DNA of 64,000 bases from Eledone cirrhosa (Eukaryota), in contig OZ024755.1 of NCBI GenBank assembly GCA_964016885.1, positions 12,090,001 through 12,154,000 on the forward strand, in the 5' to 3' direction. Positions within the stretch are counted from its first letter, which is position 1; every line of letters starts with the position of its first letter. A program made the translations under genes and the position numbers. Shown piece after piece: positions 14,377 through 29,159 of this stretch. The notes beneath the pieces are model-generated. The model did no database searches and was not told the DNA's origin. It worked only from the letters and a program-made list of their open reading frames with translations.

Positions 14377-14408
14377 CTATTTTCTAATTTCAAACCTGCT
14401 CACTGTTT

Positions 14409-14450
<42 letters not shown>

Positions 14451-14453
14451 AAG

Positions 14454-14493
<40 letters not shown>

Positions 14494-14638
14494 AAGACAA
14501 TATATATATATATATATACACACACACAGGGTATTATGTAACTTGTGGTTACTAGCGGTGACACTGGTCGAAGCAGTCAATGCTGTTACTGGGTTCATCT
14601 CTTGTTGGGTTGTGCTCCAGGTTTAGGCATCTGTAGTT

Positions 14639-14677
<39 letters not shown>

Positions 14678-15020
14678 GCAAGTGTATGAGTGTAAGTGAA
14701 TGCATCACATTATTTGTGAATTGCTCTGCATATGCAAGTGTTTGCGAGTGACCAAATGTAATATAGAGTGTAGGAAATGTAACACAATGTATAACAGGCA
14801 TATATATAAATATAAAGGAACAGATATATACTGATACACATATACATGTGTATCAGTATAGACAAATAGACAGCCAGATGAAGCAAGCAAGCTGAAACTT
14901 CGAAGTCACAGCCACTTTTCTATTTATAAAATAAATTTCTATACTCCTCCAACCGGTACTGAGTGTACATTCAGTTAATGTTTGAATGTATTAAATACTA
15001 TACCATTTTAAACATATTCT

Positions 15021-15091
<71 letters not shown>

Positions 15092-15272
15092 ACAAACGAG
15101 CGAGAGCGAGAGAGAGAGAGAGTGGGTCATGAAAGTTAAAAAGACAAAAAAGTTTGGTGCAATTAAAAAGAGAGAAAGACACACACAAATAGACAGCCAG
15201 ACAGATTAATAGATAAATAGATAGATAGTCAGATAGAAATAGAGACACAAATAGTCATATATGTAGAGATTG

Positions 15273-15331
<59 letters not shown>

Positions 15332-15478
15332 TTATATATATATAAAGATATATACAGAAAGAGAGTGATATAGATATATAGAGAAGTCAGATAGATAGAT
15401 AGATAAATTGTCAAACAGATAGATTGACAGACAGTCGGACAAATAAATATATATTGGTAGATAGATAGTCAGTCAGAC

Positions 15479-15525
<47 letters not shown>

Positions 15526-15749
15526 GAGAGCAAGATTAAAAGTAGCGATATGACTGTAAAAGAGAGAAAGGAAGAGACTGATAGAGAAAAAGAGAGAGAG
15601 TGTGAAAAAGATAGATAGAACAAAACAAAGGAAGAAACTGCCAGATAAATGAAACATGTGAATACATATATGAAAGAATATGCACTGACATATGTGCATA
15701 TTAACGCAACCAGTGCAGACTTACAGACAACAACGGGTGAGTTAAAACT

Positions 15750-15807
<58 letters not shown>

Positions 15808-15867
15808 GAGAGGTATAGAGATTGTTTTAGCGAGAAGCTAATAGTATTCTATAATATATATATATAT

Positions 15868-16079
15868 ATATATTTATTGTATAGAAGGAGCTTCTACAGG
15901 ACTAGTACTGTTTCATTCAGATGAAATCTTCAGGAAGCTGAGTGTCATATGAAGATTTCATCTGAATGAAACAGTACTAGTCCTGTAGAAGCTCCTTCTA
16001 TACAATAAATATATTTTACTCTGCCATGTATTGAGTACCTTACTTACTGTGGTTATCCCCGACTCAACCCGGGACCTAC

Positions 16080-16080
<1 letters not shown>
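15868..16080. repeat. Foldback insert in (TA)n carrying a hammerhead
   Basis: Arms ~15868-15932 and 15950-16014. Decayed relatives at 19366-19415 and 53848-53895. Confidence 0.85.
15889..15939 (-). ncRNA. Canonical type-I hammerhead ribozyme
   Basis: Minus strand reads AGCTTC-CTGAAGA-TTTCATCTGAAT-GAAA-CAG-tactagtc-CTG-TA-GAAGCT: complete CUGANGA/GAAA/UH core, stem I 6 bp, stem III 4 bp, short stem II. Confidence 0.78.
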
Positions 16081-16114
<34 letters not shown>

Positions 16115-16360
16115 GATATATGCACAAATCTATATGTATATATACACAAATAACACATGCGTACAAATAATCATATATATTTTGGGGTTTAAGTATATAT
16201 ACTTATATATAATGTATTTCTGTACGTATATATACATATATATGTGTGTATATATATATGATTATATACATATATATATATGTGTATATATTTATGTTGT
16301 TATGCTTTGGGAGGGTCATGTTGATAAGAAAACAAATTCAGAAACGAAATATATATATAT

Positions 16361-16460
<100 letters not shown>

Positions 16461-16495
16461 GAAGGTCTATTTTTATAATATTAAGATGTACACAA

Positions 16496-16544
<49 letters not shown>

Positions 16545-17424
16545 TACTACTTATATACAAACACATATACATACATATATATGCACACCCACACATCTAT
16601 AAAACTGTATAGCCATTCCACTAATATACTTGTTTCTAAGCAAGTAACACTTGTAACTCTCTTTAAACTTAGTGAATCAGAATGTAGAAGAAAGTGCTGT
16701 TATGTCAAACAGTTAGCACGTGGTATATAGCACCACTTCTGTTGTCTGTGGCCACAGAAGGGTTAAAGGAAATTCACAAGTATGTAGAAATTAGTGAAAT
16801 GTCTATCTCTAATGATAAAGGTGTTGGTCTTATGTTTGTAATGTAGGGGATTCTATTCTTGGGCTGGTTGGTACGTTATGTTCTTGAGAAAAACACTTCA
16901 TTTCCCCGTTGTTCTAGTCAACACAGCTGAGTACCAGCTGTAACTGGAGGGTTTATCCTGAAGTGGAACTGGCATTCTGTCCAGGTGATGGGTGTATGTC
17001 TTGTACTCACAGTTACTTATCATCAATGAAACTGGGATGAGTTTCAGCCTGATTAATCTATGGGCTTGGGATAGACTTTAAACTTTTAACCTTAACCAGT
17101 AATCACATGTTAAAATAACTAACAGCAGCAGTTGGAGGGTTTCCACTGTGATACACAGTCATTCTGTCCAGTGGGGTGGTTGGGGTAGTCTTGTACTCTC
17201 AGTTACTAGTGCCAATGAACACAGGATAAGCTCTGTCTGACCTGATGAGTCTCCAGGCTTGGGATAGATTAACATTTTTTTTCTCTATAACCTCAGTCAA
17301 ATGAAACAAGTTCTGATTAAGAATGTTGCAGATCAAGTCATAATACACCCACTGCACAGCATGAAGTAATGTGAATAGATTGATAACATGCAGTTTTGGC
17401 TGTGTGCCATGTCATATATAGAAG

Positions 17425-17975
17425 CATGGATGTAACATGTCCGAATGGTTAAGAAGTTTGCTTTGCAATCATTACACCTCAAGTTTGATCCCATTGTGTG
17501 TCATCTTGACCAAATGTTATTTACTATACCCTCGGTGGATTGACAGTATCGGTAGAGGGTCGGACACCATGCCTTGACGCATAGAGTTACGGCCCTTGCC
17601 ATTCAGAGTTCGAATCCCGCCGAGGTTAACTTTGCCTTTCATCCTTACGGGGTCGATAAAATAAAGTACCAGTAATAGACTGGGGTAATTGCTGGCCTTG
17701 TGCCAAAAGTAGAAACAGTTATTTACTATACCCTCAGCTCAACTCATACATTGTGAGTGAAATTACATAGACAGAAACTGTTTGGAAGCCTGTAAGATAG
17801 ACTGTACCTGTAAGTCAAAACACCAGACTTGTTACACATTGTGTCATGCTAAATCTTACTGAAAATTCTGTGAGAGATGTACGTATATGTGGACGCTCAG
17901 CCACTAAAGCATTAATTTCATGACCAGGCTATTCCATTAATCAAGAAAGATTCATCTTCAAAACCAACAAAGTTC
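17425..17975 (+). mobile_element. Older tRNA-derived SINE (family C)
   Basis: GGTTAAGAAGTTTGCTTTGCAA head and conserved 3' block (CTCAGCCACT...TTAATTTCATGA). Relatives at 5465-6062(-), 21975-22120, 31770-31900, 35080-35270(-), 40500-40810(-), 47000-47165(-) and 48330-48540. Confidence 0.7.
17534..17717 (+). mobile_element. Young tRNA-derived SINE (family A) nested in an older SINE
   Basis: A-box-like TGACAGTATCGG, B-box GTTCGAATCC, core CTTTGCCTTTCATCCTTACGGGGTCGATAAAATAAAGTACCAG. 18-bp TSD GTTATTTACTATACCCTC (17516-17533, 17718-17735). Confidence 0.9.
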
Positions 17976-18843
17976 CATTCTATTAACTGTGGATCACTGT
18001 TGAAAATACAGCATGAAAAACAGTTCATGATTAAGAACAAACAAATTTATCTTGTAAATCATTGACCTAAAGGAAGCCTTTGATGATATAGGGTTGGTCT
18101 CTGCTCCATGGTGTCTTGTGTCTCTCTTCAGCAGAAAACAATAGAAATATTTAGGTGTAGGATAACATCACTCATCAAAATTAAACAATATCAGGTTTAA
18201 ATAATAGTATAATAATGGTGACTATTATTTTTTGTTAATTATTATTGCACATAAGTGGCAGTAAAGGTGTTTGTGTTGTTGGTGTTGGGTTTTTCTTTTC
18301 TTGTTATTAACTCTGTTATCATAATGCTGGTGGTGGTGGTGGTGGTGGTGATGATGGCAAAGGTGGTGGAGGTGCTGGGGAGGGGGAGTACTGTTGCAGT
18401 TAATGATGATGTGTTGTGGGTGCTGATGATTTCTGATCTTAAGCTTGTTTCTTGTTGCTGTAAATGATCTTTGTTGTTGCTGTAGTAATAGTGGCAATGT
18501 TCTCAAAGTGGTAGGGTTGGTGTTGGTGATGGGGTATGGTGTGAGTCGAAGTGGGGATGGTGTGAGGCTGGTGGTAGTGGTAGGGTATGGTGCAATGGTG
18601 GTGGTTGTGGTGGGGTATGATGTGATGATGATGGTACTGGTGGGGTATGGTGAAATGGTGATGGTAGTGGTGGGGGTATGGTGCAAGAGTGCTTGTGGTG
18701 GGGGATGGTGTGTTGTGGGTGCTGATTGTGTTGTTTTATATCAGTTTCTTTTTATATATAATTGTTAGGTTTTTTTGTTGTTTTTTTTTTTTACAAGTCA
18801 AGTAGGATATATACTATTTTGATTTTGCAAGTGTTACAAGTGT

Positions 18844-18892
<49 letters not shown>

Positions 18893-19120
18893 GGTAACAA
18901 ATAATTTTTTATATGCAGTCCAACCTTTTTTGTATAGCAAACCGTGTCACTCTTCTTTCCCGATTTATATATATATAAATATATATAGTGTTCTCATTGT
19001 AGAGGAAAATGAATGGGTTAATAACCTCTTCTTTAGTTTCTTTTATTGTTGATCTTGCTGCTCACATACATGTACACACATATCCACACAAATATGCATA
19101 GAAGAATATCCATGATATGA

Positions 19121-19195
<75 letters not shown>

Positions 19196-19315
19196 CAAAC
19201 ACACTAAAGAGTGCTACAGCATGGCTACAGTCTAATGACTGAGACCAGTAAAAGATTTTTTATTACCATCATCAACACAGTTTAATGTCCATTTTTCCAT
19301 CATGATGATGATATC

Positions 19316-19360
<45 letters not shown>

Positions 19361-20072
19361 TCATATAGAAATGACTTCCACAAGACTAGACCTGTTCCAT
19401 TCATTTGAAATCAGGTAATATATATATATATAGCCAGATGCACTTCCTGACACCAACCCTTTCCGTCAACTCTTATAACACACAGAGAGATCCAGTGCAA
19501 ATTGTAAAAGTCGGCTCAAAGTGGTAGTGGAAGGATAATTATAGCTATACAGAGTGCACTGGGTGCATTTTATCGTAGCATCGGCACTAGAACTGTTGCA
19601 TTCTTAAGCACCTTACAAGATGTACTGGATGCATTTTATCAGTCCCAGCACTAGAGTTTGTCATGTTTTCAACAAAGTTGAAGAGTTCTCCTCTGGCCTA
19701 TAGAGTCACTGTTCAACTATCAATTACTTTACAGAGTGTACGGGATGTAGTTTATTCTGCCACAAACAGAGAAGTTATGTTCTCAACAAGACTGAAGGTT
19801 TCTCTCCATTTCGATTTGATTTTCAACCATGTTTTTTTACTTGATATTTATATAGCACTACAGAAAATATTTGTTAATAGTTTTCTAATTGCAGAAAACA
19901 AATTATATCTTTTTAGCTGGCATTTAGGTGGCATGTTGTAAATTTTGTCATTATTTCCCTTATTTTCCAATAATCAGCTTGCTAATCAACTTAACTTCCA
20001 ATTGAGAATGTTATAACTGTAATTCTTTTATTGGAATAGCCAGCATATTGTTACATTATTATGATTCTACTT

Positions 20073-20217
20073 GCTTGAAGCATAGAGTTAGATCCCTTTA
20101 TGATCTGAGTTCAAATCCCGCTGAGGTTAACTTTGCCTTTCATCCTTACGGGGTCGATAAAATAAAGTACCAGTAATACACTGGGTAATTGCCGGCCTTG
20201 TGCCAAAAGTAGAAACA
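20073..20217 (+). mobile_element. SINE family A, 5'-truncated
   Basis: Same core; TSD ATTATTATGATTCTACT on both sides. Confidence 0.85.
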
Positions 20218-21303
20218 ATTATTATGATTCTACTTTCTACTCTCAACATGAGCCTGTAGATCAGAGAACGAAAATCAAAAGCAGGCACTTGTCTGTCCTG
20301 ATAAGGGTGACTGTGGATTTGTGAGGTTCCTCAATCGCACCTATTTGGAGGTTTTCCTGTATCTGGAGGACAGTTGATCACCATTATGTATAATTTTCCC
20401 CACATTTGGTGCCCTTGTAGCAAATAAAAGAAATCATTATCAATATTATTAATACTATAAATGCTGTTGTTCAGGATAATATTTGTATTGCCATATAATT
20501 ATTAACATATGCTGCTGTGATTTAGCCCAAGGTTTAGTAGATATGATGAAAGACATTCCAGATAAGACCATCCTATATTTTTCTGTATCAGCAACTGCAT
20601 TAATTCATGTGTCCTTTTTAATGCTAAAGTGTGATTTGAACGATACTTCACTGTTATCTCTAGCAAATCAAGTGACAATGTAAAACAATGAAATTGCAAA
20701 GACATAAGTGGTGCCCCACAATATCCATAGCAACTGTTACCAATAATAGGGATTTCTTTATTGATCCCTAGCACCGACTTTTATTAATAATAATGGTTTA
20801 TTGCCAGGTGGTGCTATTAAGTTAGACATGGCCTGGGCCAATACTGACCGAAACCTATCAAAGTTATCAAAGTTATATACTTTAGGCAGAAGACTTAATT
20901 TAAAGAGAGGAGAAAGTTGATTAAATTGACCCCAGTATTTGACTGATACTTCCTTTTATTGACACTGAAAAGACAAAAGGCAAAGTTGGCCTCACCAGGA
21001 TTTGAATTTAGAATGTAAAGAACTGGAATAAATACGACAAGGTATTTAGACTGTTACTTTGATGATTCTACTAATCCTCAAACAGCAATAGTAGTAGTAG
21101 TAGTAGTAGTTTCTAATTTAGGTATAAGGCCAGCAATTTGGAGGGAGGAGAAAGTTGATTACTAATACTTAATTTATCAATCCCTGGAAGGATGAAAGGC
21201 AAAGCTAACCTTGGTGAGATTTGAACTCAGATTGTAAAGAGCAGTAACTAAATATCACAAGATATTTTGTTTAACACACAATAATTACAATAATAATAAT
21301 AAT

Positions 21304-21493
21304 AATTGTTTTTACGTTAGGCACAAGGCCAGCAATTACCCAGTGCATTACTGGTACTTTATTTTATCGACCCCGTAAGGATGAAAGGCAAAGTTAACCT
21401 TGGCGGGATTTGAACTCAGAATGGCAAGGGCCGTAACTCTATACATCAAAGCATGGCGTCCGACCTTCTACCAATACTGCCAATCCACCGCCC
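21304..21493 (-). mobile_element. SINE family A
   Basis: Reverse complement of the family A sequence within (AAT)n. Older copies at 20880-21290. Confidence 0.88.
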
Positions 21494-21543
<50 letters not shown>

Positions 21544-24041
21544 TGTTTCTACTTTAGGCACAAGGCCAGCAAACAATAATGGTTTATAATAATAAACAGA
21601 TACTTTTACTAATATTATCTTTTATTTTAAGTATTTTCTAATTTATTTATTTTTCATGTATTTATTTCTGTAATAGTTTCATTTCATAGAAAAAAGACAC
21701 TGATTGAGACTAGGCAGCTAACTTACCACTGACTACTAACACACCAGACAGCTCAATAATCTGTTGATTGGTAGCTTACTCAGTCCTGCTAGTAGTAATA
21801 TAATAACTATTAATAAATAATTGTTTCTACTATTAATAAATAATAAAAACACTTTCTGTCTAGCTAGATCAGATAAACTTATAAATGCTAGCATGTCTAC
21901 TTACAGTATGTGAAATGTTTTTGTTAAATTACATAACAGAGTTTAGGTCTCAACTATAGCAGTGAAATGAAATGGATCTCTGTCAGTTTCGACGATGAGT
22001 GTTCCAGTTGTTTGATCAATAGGACAGCTTGCTCATGAAATCAACTTGTAAGTGGCTGAGCATTCCACGGAAACATGTGTCCTTAATGTAACTCTCAGGG
22101 AGATTCAGTGTGACACAGTTATCTATGTAGTTGAAGTAGTGTTATGTGTGTTGGACCTCCATCGTTTCAACGATGTGTGTTCCAGTTATTCAAATAATGG
22201 AACAAGCTCCTCCTGAAATTAACATGCAAGTAGCTGAGTATTCCACACACACACACATATACCCATAATGTAATTTTCAGGAGGATTAACTGTAACCCTC
22301 TCCAGGTTAAGGGCATGATAAAACACATCCTGAACATACTGTAATGTGGTTGGTGATAGGAAGATCATCCAGTCAGAATACCCAATTCTAAAAGTTATGA
22401 AAAGCATAAAGCAATAAATAAATAATAACCTCAAAAGGATAAAAGGCAAAGTTCACCTTGACTAGTAATATAATACCTTTAACAATATAAAAAGGCTTCT
22501 ATCTAGTTCTATCAGATACACAGCTGAGTTGAATAGAATTTAAATAGAGTATTAACTGATAACATGAAAAATATTTTTGTTAGGTTACAGTACAAACTTC
22601 AGGTTTCAACAATGAGCCTTATAGCAGATTTATTATACCAACCCAACTCTGGTGCTATGAAATAAAACCACCAATTTTAAGGCTCCCTATTTAAATTAAA
22701 CTCTTCCAACATAATTTTATATATGTTAAGTTACTACCTAAGTAATGAAATAATTCATTTTAGTAAATACCACAGAATTCTTCATTAGTTTAATTGAAAT
22801 AGAGTGTATTTCATTAGTAATATGGTCATGAAAGGGTTAGAGTTCCTTTTAGATTAAAATCTTCCACCAATTTTACATAAGAATCATATGATAAGGTACT
22901 ACATTGGTAATGAAATAATCAATGATTTTAGTAAATCTCTCAAAATTCTTCATTAGTTAAATTGAAATAGAGTGTATTTCATTAGAAATAGTCATGAAAG
23001 GTCTGTAGCATATTCTATATAAAAAGTCCAGAAATTGGCACTTTCCATACCAACACCAATACCTAAGCCATACCCCCCACTACATCCATACCACCAGAGC
23101 TGTTACCTCTGGTTATTATACTACTACTACTACTACATCAGCAATACCAATCATATCATCCATTATGAGTCTGGACAATCAAAGCTGACCTTGGGCTAAA
23201 CAAAACAATGACCATCACTACTTTAAATCAGGAAAATTGAACAACATAGTCCTAAAAATAAAACATTTAAAAAGCATAAAATATCTGGATAGGGTGGTCA
23301 AAGCTGGATTATTCATAGCTCTACTCAGAGTTGACCTGGTGCTAAACAATAACAACAATACCCACGATATGAACATCCCATCAACCTCAACAATAACAAT
23401 CATCCCCAATACATGAAGAAGCCTCTAACTTATTGCTTGATCAGTTAGAAATACCAATCAAATCTCCCTCAAATCGTACCTTACTGTCATAAAAAAAGAT
23501 AATTTAGTTATAGAAACATTGTCAGAAAACTGGATGGTATGGTCACAACTGGAATCTGTTTGATCATATATGTCTAATCAGAACTGACCTTGGGTTAAAC
23601 AGCAACAAAAAATACCACCATCAGTATATATATATATTCCAATCATACCACCAATATCATTACCTACAACCATCTCCTCACATGCCAACCACTATATTTA
23701 TAGCCATCACACCAATAATATTACTTATAACTATCATACCACTACCATCATCTAACATACCAACCACCACACCACCATTAACATTACCTATAACCATCAT
23801 ACCATGACTAGATTACTGGCACCTCAGATGCCAAGTGCCAATCCTATAACTGTTATACCACCACCAGCATTGCCAATAACCATCATAGTATTATCACCTC
23901 ACATATCAACAATCACCACTCATAGTATTATCAATAACCATCATAGTATTATCACCTCACATATCAACAATCACCACTCCTATAGCTATCATACTAACAC
24001 TAGCATAACCTATAATTATCATGTTATTACCACCACCTTTT

Positions 24042-24224
24042 GGGTGGATTAGCAGTATCGGTAGAGGGTCGGACACCATGCTTTCCAGCATAGTTACGTC
24101 CCTTTACGATCTGAGTTCAAATCCCGCCGAGGTTGACTTTGCCTTTCATCCTTACGGGGTCGATAAAATAAAGTACCAGTAATGTACTGGGTAATTTGCT
24201 GGCCTTGTGCCTAAAGTAGAAACA
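24042..24224 (+). mobile_element. SINE family A
   Basis: 19-bp TSD GTTATTACCACCACCTTTT (24023-24041, 24225-24243). Confidence 0.9.
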
Positions 24225-24349
24225 GTTATTACCACCACCTTTTGTTACCATATTTCTAAAGAAAGACACTACCTATGATTTTCAGATCCTTCAGAGAATA
24301 ATGAGAGGGCCTTAATAATATAACTAACCATCATTATCTGGTGTTTGGA

Positions 24350-24532
24350 GGGCGGTGGATTGGCAGAATTGGTAGAGGGTTGGACATGCTTTCCAGCATA
24401 GTTACGTCGCTTTACAGTCTGAGTTCAAATCCCGCCAAGGTTAACTTTGCCTTTCATCCTTACGAGGTCGATAAAATAAAGTACCAGTAATAATACTGGG
24501 TAATTGCTGGCCTTGTGCCGAAAGTAGAATCA
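24350..24532 (+). mobile_element. SINE family A inserted in a TTAA MITE
   Basis: TSD ATTATCT(G/A)GTGTTTGGA (24333-24349, 24533-24549). Confidence 0.88.
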
Positions 24533-25499
24533 ATTATCTAGTGTTTGGAACATAACTTAACGATTCTTACATAGAATTAAGAAAAATAAGGTGTTTAGAT
24601 GAATATATATAACCATTTAAAATAAACAGCTTAGTATAGGAGAACCAGGATGGTTGCAGACAGGTTGGTATGAAAAAGGTTAATGCTATACAATGATAAT
24701 AATCACTACAACTATATTTACAACTGCCAGTTTACTCATACCAAACCACTACTAACATTTAAGAGTTAATTTTGACACACAATGCAGACAGCATTAAAAA
24801 GCTAACTAGAAATAATTATGTTATGTGGTGTGAAAAACAACATAAAAAAAGCTGTTAGTCACTGACTAATATAATTAGTTCAGCAAGTAAGGGAGACAAC
24901 TCTGGACATAGTTTGATCCTATTCTGACTACAGTAAAGCATAGGTTTTACCATGAAGTGCAGTGAAGTCTATATTTTGCTGATGAGATCATACCAAGATC
25001 AAAATATGTTCAAAGTTGTTTCCCCATACTTGCCAAAATAATAGTTTGAGGGAGGGGGGAGAAGGAGAGACAGGAGAGAGAAGGGGAGGGGAAAGATGAG
25101 AAAGAGAGGAGGGAGAGAAGAGTGAGAGAGTGAGCAGGAGAGAAATGAGAGAGGAGTGGGGGAGACAGGAGGGGGGTGAGAGAGTGGAAGAGGGGAAAGG
25201 GAGAGAAGAGGAGAAAAGAGAGAGAAAGAGGAAGAGGGGGAGAGAGGAAGAGGGGGAAGGAGAGAGAAAGGAAGAGGGGCAAGGAGAGAGAGGAAGAGGG
25301 GAAAGAGAGAGAGAGGAAGAAGGGGAAAGAGAAAGGAGAGATGAGAAGAAAGAAAAAGAGGGAAAAAGAAAGAATGGAGAGGTCAGGTGTGAGGTATTAT
25401 TCCTCTACTACAGTAGGATTTAAACTGACCAGCCATGAGCTTGCAATAATTAAATTTTTCTGGAATATTTAATCACAGGGTTCTTGATTTTGTATTTAA

Positions 25500-25726
25500 C
25501 CCTTTTGATACCAATCCACCCAAAATTGGCGCTATCTCTATGAAACAAAACCACTTATTTTAAATGGGTCCTATATAAATATTGTCAAACATAATTTCGT
25601 ACAAGAATCTGTTATCTAATGTTATAAATACCAACTTAATATGAAATAGTAATTTTAGTAAATTGTACCAAATTCCTCATTAATTCAAATACAACATATT
25701 TCATGAGAAATATGATTATGAAAGGG
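25500..25726. mobile_element. piggyBac-like MITE
   Basis: TTAA-CCCTTTTGATACC ... GAAAGGG-TTAA. Confidence 0.85.
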
Positions 25727-28676
25727 TTAATGCAGCTACATCTGTCCAATCTCTATAAGCTCCCAAAACACTGAATTAATCACAAAAAATTATAAGAAAA
25801 ATTATTTAATAGTATGGAAAATTTAAATTATTTTCTCAATTCTTAGGTCAACAATGGGTCCATGTGTTTATTTTGCCTTTAATTTTGCAAGATGAAGGCA
25901 TGCAGCTTTGTGGTTAGGGAGATTGGCTCATGATTATAAAGTTGTTGGTTTGATTCCTGAACCAGGTGATATGTATCCATGAGCTAAACACTTCCTTTCT
26001 TGTGGCTACCATCCACTCAGCTCAAAAAGGAATTAGAACCAGCAGTAGTTGGGAGTTAGCTTTATGGTGGACAGGTACCCTAGCCATATGGGACTGGGGT
26101 TCACTCTTGTATATTTATTTAATATCAAAGAAATTAGGATAAGCTCTGATTTTTGGAACAGTGGTTACTCTTATATGAGAAGATAGTTAAGTGATACAAT
26201 GAGCAACACTCAGTAGCTATATCTTTATGCTCCCCTTCCAAAGTTCTGCTTTTTAATGTTTTGTTTGTCTATCTTTGTGTATTCTTACTCTTATTCTATT
26301 ATAAGTGGGAATGCAGTGGGATTGAACTAGAATCCATATGGCTACAAAGTAAACTCTTTAACCATACAGCCATGCCTGTGCCTGTTTAAGTACTCCTGAT
26401 AAAAATCATCTGAGAAGTTAATTTGTAGTAAACTAGTATCCTATCAAGAGATAGATTTATATGTCATCTGCTTAATTTGACATCCTGTTTAGCTGTTTAG
26501 TTGTATCAAGTTCAGTACTATACATTCATGTTACATTCTGTATACTGCTGTACAATATTTGTGCATCACGACAGCTGATGAGTATTTAAGTTATAAACAC
26601 TTAAACTGAAGTCGATTGGAAGTGATTGATTACAGTCCACTAAATATATTAGAGAAATTATGCACAACACACTTGAGCTTAGAATAGCTATGGATGTGAA
26701 TATTTTATTATTCCTCATCATTTTACATCCATTTTCCATGCTAGCATAGATTGAACAAGTCATCATAGTCCAAGACATAGTAAGGTTGAATAACTACATC
26801 TTGCTTATACAATCCATATTTGTCATGGTTTCTATGATAAGATGCCCTTCCTAACTCTAACCACTTTACATAGTGTACTGAATATATTTTATCATGGTAC
26901 AAACATTACCACTTTTCAAAATGTACTAAGTGCATTTTACAGTGACACCAGCATTTAATCACGCATAGGAATCTGTCAGTCTTGAGAGCCTATGAAATTG
27001 TGCAATGATCTTCCAGTGCACATAAGCTGGGAAGGCAGACTGCTATCCATGCCATATGTCCCCCTTTTCACACCTCTGAAATAATGCAATGAAAAGGCAA
27101 GTACCAATCTGGATAATTCCAGCAGTTATATGAGTTGCTAGGGGGGCTGATTACAGCTTCAAACTACCTTAGGGAATCCGACTCCAGATTTTTCCTCAGG
27201 GTTGACTCCTGAAGTAGATATAGCCACAATATTTTCCTTTACTGAGACAGGCTATTGGCATATATTGAACCCAGTCTGCCCAAAGCAACAGGCTTTGACC
27301 CACTTTTCATTCCTTCTCACTGCCCACATTGGAATAAACAGCACTAAACAAGTTGCCATGTACTTGACAAGACTGAGGCATCCTCCCTTCTTTGTATTGT
27401 CTTTGATCAGTTACCAGCCATATATGGTTGAAGAGTGCTCTCTACTCCATATCTCCAATTGGTCACTAGCCACATATGGTTGAAGAGTGCTCTATGCCCA
27501 GTATAATCTCTGATTAATTGCTAACCACTTGTGATTATTATGCAGTGAACATATAACAGTGGTTCGATATGAGAAATTTCTAGATGCGTTTTTCACATAT
27601 TGCATAAAATGTATAAAAACAATAAGAGTTTGACATGTGTTAGACTTATTAGATTAAAAGGATTAGTCTGACACGTGTTACGTTTCATTGAAAGAGATTT
27701 TATACAGTGAAAATTTCATTTAAGTGTATTTGAGGTAAAATTTTGAATGAATGCTACTTAAATTATTGATTTATTTGCAATTGGTACATTTTTCACATGT
27801 ATTTTATTGCATGTCTAGACAAAGTTACAACATATATCATTCACATGAATTTACATGACAGAATAATTTCTACTATATCTAGTTTGAGAATTAGGAATGG
27901 GGAAGTAATTAGAATAGGCAAGTGTCTTGTTCTTCGTAATTAGATATTTTATCTACACATGAAATAAAAAATTTGAATTATATCCTTCTTTATTTGAAAT
28001 TGTCTTAATATTTTGAATAAAATTCTCTAAAATTTACATGTAGAAAATTATATATTTTTGTTAGTTTGCTGGTTCTTGTTTCATAGCACCTCACCCATAT
28101 ATACAACTAATATAAAGATGATGGAGGAGGAAATGAAAGTAAGGGAGGATTGGTGAAGTGGGTGTAGAAGATTGGGAGTGGATTAGAGAAGCTTGTCATA
28201 GGGCCTGCAAGGTTAATCCCTGCTTTAGCAGTGAAATTGGAATACTCTTTTGATACCATATTTCTAATGGAAAGAACTGCCTAAGTTTTTCAGATAATTT
28301 GAAAATAATCAAGAATTTGGAGTAAATTAACAATGTAACAAACAGTCTCAATATTAAGCTCATGTTTGGAACATAAAGATTCTTAGATAAAATTGACCTT
28401 ATAACTAATGTTTAAGAAAAGAAAATCAATATTTCATAAATAAAAGAAATATTAGCAATTATTTTTATTGATAAATAATAGCAACATCTGGACATGTTAT
28501 GTATTATGAGAAAATGTAAATATGATTAAGTAATTGTAAGGGAAGGTTGTTGTGTTCAAGTTTACAGCCAGAGCAGGTTTATGATGAGATTAGACTACGT
28601 TTGCAATTTAATTGGATGTATGAGAGAGAGAGAGAGCGAGAGAGAGAGAGAGAGAGAGAGGGGGAGAGAGAGGGAG

Positions 28677-28740
<64 letters not shown>

Positions 28741-29126
28741 CATGTATGTGTATGTTTGTGTGTGCATGTGTGTAATCATACACACAGTCTTGTGCATGTG
28801 TTGGACAGCCGTCAGATCCAACAAGAAATCCAACATCTTTTTTACCAGCTGAACAGCTTCTTTATAGAATTAAAATGCAAGTGGCTAAGCACTCCATAAG
28901 CACATACCCTTAACATCATTGTCAAGGAGTTTCAGTATGAAACTTGTATCACAGGTACAACCAATTTTGCCATCTGAGTGAACTGGAATAATGTGAAATA
29001 AAGTGTCTTGTTCAAGAACACAATGCATTGCTAGGAATTGAACTGATGACTTTACAATTGTTAGCGATACACCTCAACCACTAAGCCACGTATCTTCATA
29101 TACATACATACACATAAGTGTGTCTA

Positions 29127-29159
<33 letters not shown>

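Noticed and set aside
14530-14640. Possible small exon between TA tracts
   Set aside because: All minus-strand frames after the candidate AG acceptor hit stops or lack a clear donor; no support.
17241-17270. CTGATGAG motif
   Set aside because: Lies in a SINE tail with no GAAA or closing stems.
17534-17620. tRNA gene
   Set aside because: A/B boxes belong to a SINE head with TSDs; no complete cloverleaf.
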